NCBI GenBank assembly: GCA_021432655.1
Contig: MU271211.1
Span: forward strand, 78,858 to 118,459
Length of the DNA: 39,602 bases
Direction: 5' to 3'
DNA from: Atractiella rhizophila
Lineage: Eukaryota
In this document: positions 37,901 through 39,602 of the stretch, piece by piece
How positions within the stretch are numbered: position 1 is the stretch's first letter
Layout of the letters: the number at the start of each line of letters is the position of its first letter
Program-made: the position numbers and the translations under genes
Notes under the pieces: generated by a model
Told to the model about the DNA's origin: nothing
Databases searched by the model: none
Seen by the model: the letters and a program-made list of their open reading frames with translations, nothing else

Positions 37901-39602
37901 TCGTCGAGCAAGGCTTTCGGCTTTCTTTCTCTGGATTTTGGAAGGAGGAGTGGGCCATCCGTAACTCCAGCTTGCTGCTTTACAGCGCAGTGACACAGAG
38001 GGTGTTCAACAAAGTCAGGGAGTCGAGGGACAATCGGCTGCTTGTTAAAGACTTCTCTAATCAGTATCCTTCCTTACTTCCTATGTTGGGAGAGGAGCTG
38101 AATAGAGCAGTAAAGGTAAATTTAGACGATTTCCCAGTACGTCGACCTACTTATCTACAGCTGCTGTCATGGTGCTGAGATATAATTGCAGACAGCAGAC
38201 CTCCAAAGCTCGCTCTACTCAGTCCTCCTCCTCCTAACCAATCTTCGAACGCTCAATCACAACGACAATATTCCAAGTTGTGCAGCGGCCCTGATCCCAT
38301 CCGTCGAAGAATGCGGCAAAAGTCGGGTCATGAAGATTCGAGAAGTGGCGAGCATCGCTCTTGCTTGTCTAGTCTCCCCGGACCAATCTATATCTCACGC
38401 CAGGAGAATCTTCAAGCCACTTCCTAAGATGCGGCAAAACGAGCTACACGGAAGACTGAACCAGATTTTCAGGCTGCTTCAGAATGTAATGGAGGATGGG
38501 CAGACGCCAACCCAGGAGCTAGAACTATGTTCGTCCTCAGCTTTCGCCTTGACATACCCTTGATAACAGATATCAGTCTCGACGGAACTATTGAGATTTT
38601 TCGAATGTTTATTTCTAGAGAGGTCCATGGCACCAACAATATTGAACAGCGCGATGGACATCATAAAGCTTCTCCCCCTCTCTTGCATCCCGCTCTCTCT
38701 TATTGAACTTTTTACGACCTTTGTCAAGACCTACCCTTTTGATGATCCGGGAACGGATTCCCTCCTCTCGAACATTTCAGCGTTCCTGTTGGACCGGCTA
38801 AAGGGCAGAGTCGCCTCCACTCTCTTAGAATCAGATCGTCGCCCATTGATGCGTTCCACATTTCAATGGTTGAGTCAGCAGCCTCCTACCACGGAGTTCT
38901 TTCAGACGATAGAGCACACTGCGCGCTATGGACCTGCGGATCTTTTCCCGAACGCTCTAAACGCTATGCAAGCAATACCGTCCAAGAACGCTTCCGTCTT
39001 AAAGGACTTCTTGACACTATTGAAAGAGAGGATGGGTTCCAAAATTTCCACCGTCCGCCAGGCAATACTACCGGTGTTCTCAAGACTTCTGGTAACCTGT
39101 GAAACGAGGGTGGAGGATGAGGATGCGGATTTTCTTTTAGGCTTTGTGGAAGAATGGAGCTATGCGGATCAGGTAGGTTCCCTCATCAGATAAATGCCAC
39201 ACCTAAACGAAGTGATTTGGAGGGCGAGGAACTTCGGATGGCAGCAGTGGCCGCTTTGAAGACCGTGTCCACCATCCTCTTAAGCGGGAATCGTCGACAA
39301 AGATCTCTTCGAGTCCTCCTCCGCTTCCTTCAAGATGATGTCCCCGTCGTTCGAGATATGGCGGAAGACATCGCACAGGAACAAATCACAGAAGGCAGAG
39401 CATATGCTAGCGAATTGACTATCATGCAGGTGGCAAAAGAGCTCTCTGCTGAAGTTTTGAGGCAGATTATTCTCAATGTGGATAGCATAGGTATCTTTTC
39501 ATCTCTCCTTTGTCTTTTTCCTCTTAATGAGCTATGTGTTGCAGAAGATAAGTTGTTCGAATTGCGACGACAAACCTCTGTGCTCTTTGCGGCAGAGAAT
39601 CC
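34916..39602 (+). CDS. TRM732: THADA/Trm732 (DUF2428) tRNA 2'-O-methylation regulator, 5' portion; runs off the right edge
   Basis: Large helical-repeat protein with the hallmark TRRSGGIP (RRSAGLP) motif, plus IRHSGAF, CDPAPEG, VNAYNSLRAIF, WAIRNSSLLLYSA and SRVMKIREVAS. Multiple short introns. Start is 34916 or 34850. Confidence 0.88.
35570..35593 (+). repeat. CAA/CAG trinucleotide run encoding Q8 in TRM732
   Basis: caacaacagcaacagcaacaacag. Confidence 0.7.

Overview
Gene-dense fungal (basidiomycete-type) genomic DNA with short introns of about 45-70 bp. Genes reconstructed by manual splicing, left to right: 5' part of a Zn(II)2Cys6 transcription factor (-); a large mitochondrial-type PPR protein (-); a ~730 bp-arm inverted repeat; an AusD/AdrK-like SAM methyltransferase (-); two near-identical tandem copies of an Ecl1-like Cys-motif gene (+); three diverged tandem 7-TM paralogues (DUF3112/RTA1-like, +); a CCC2-type Cu+ P1B-ATPase (+); MET12-type MTHFR (+); a glutaminyl cyclase (-); and the 5' part of TRM732/THADA (+). 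The PPR gene is interrupted by a 1.33 kb tandem duplication joined by A13 and by a 1-nt frameshift. Most notable: the TSD-less palindrome starting 21 bp after the methyltransferase stop codon; 4 required and 2 possible GC-AG introns among roughly 50; and a 1,028 bp intron with a nested ORF that splits the ATPase CxxC motif. The two direct duplications may be uncollapsed haplotypes rather than biology. All family calls come from motif recognition, not database searches.
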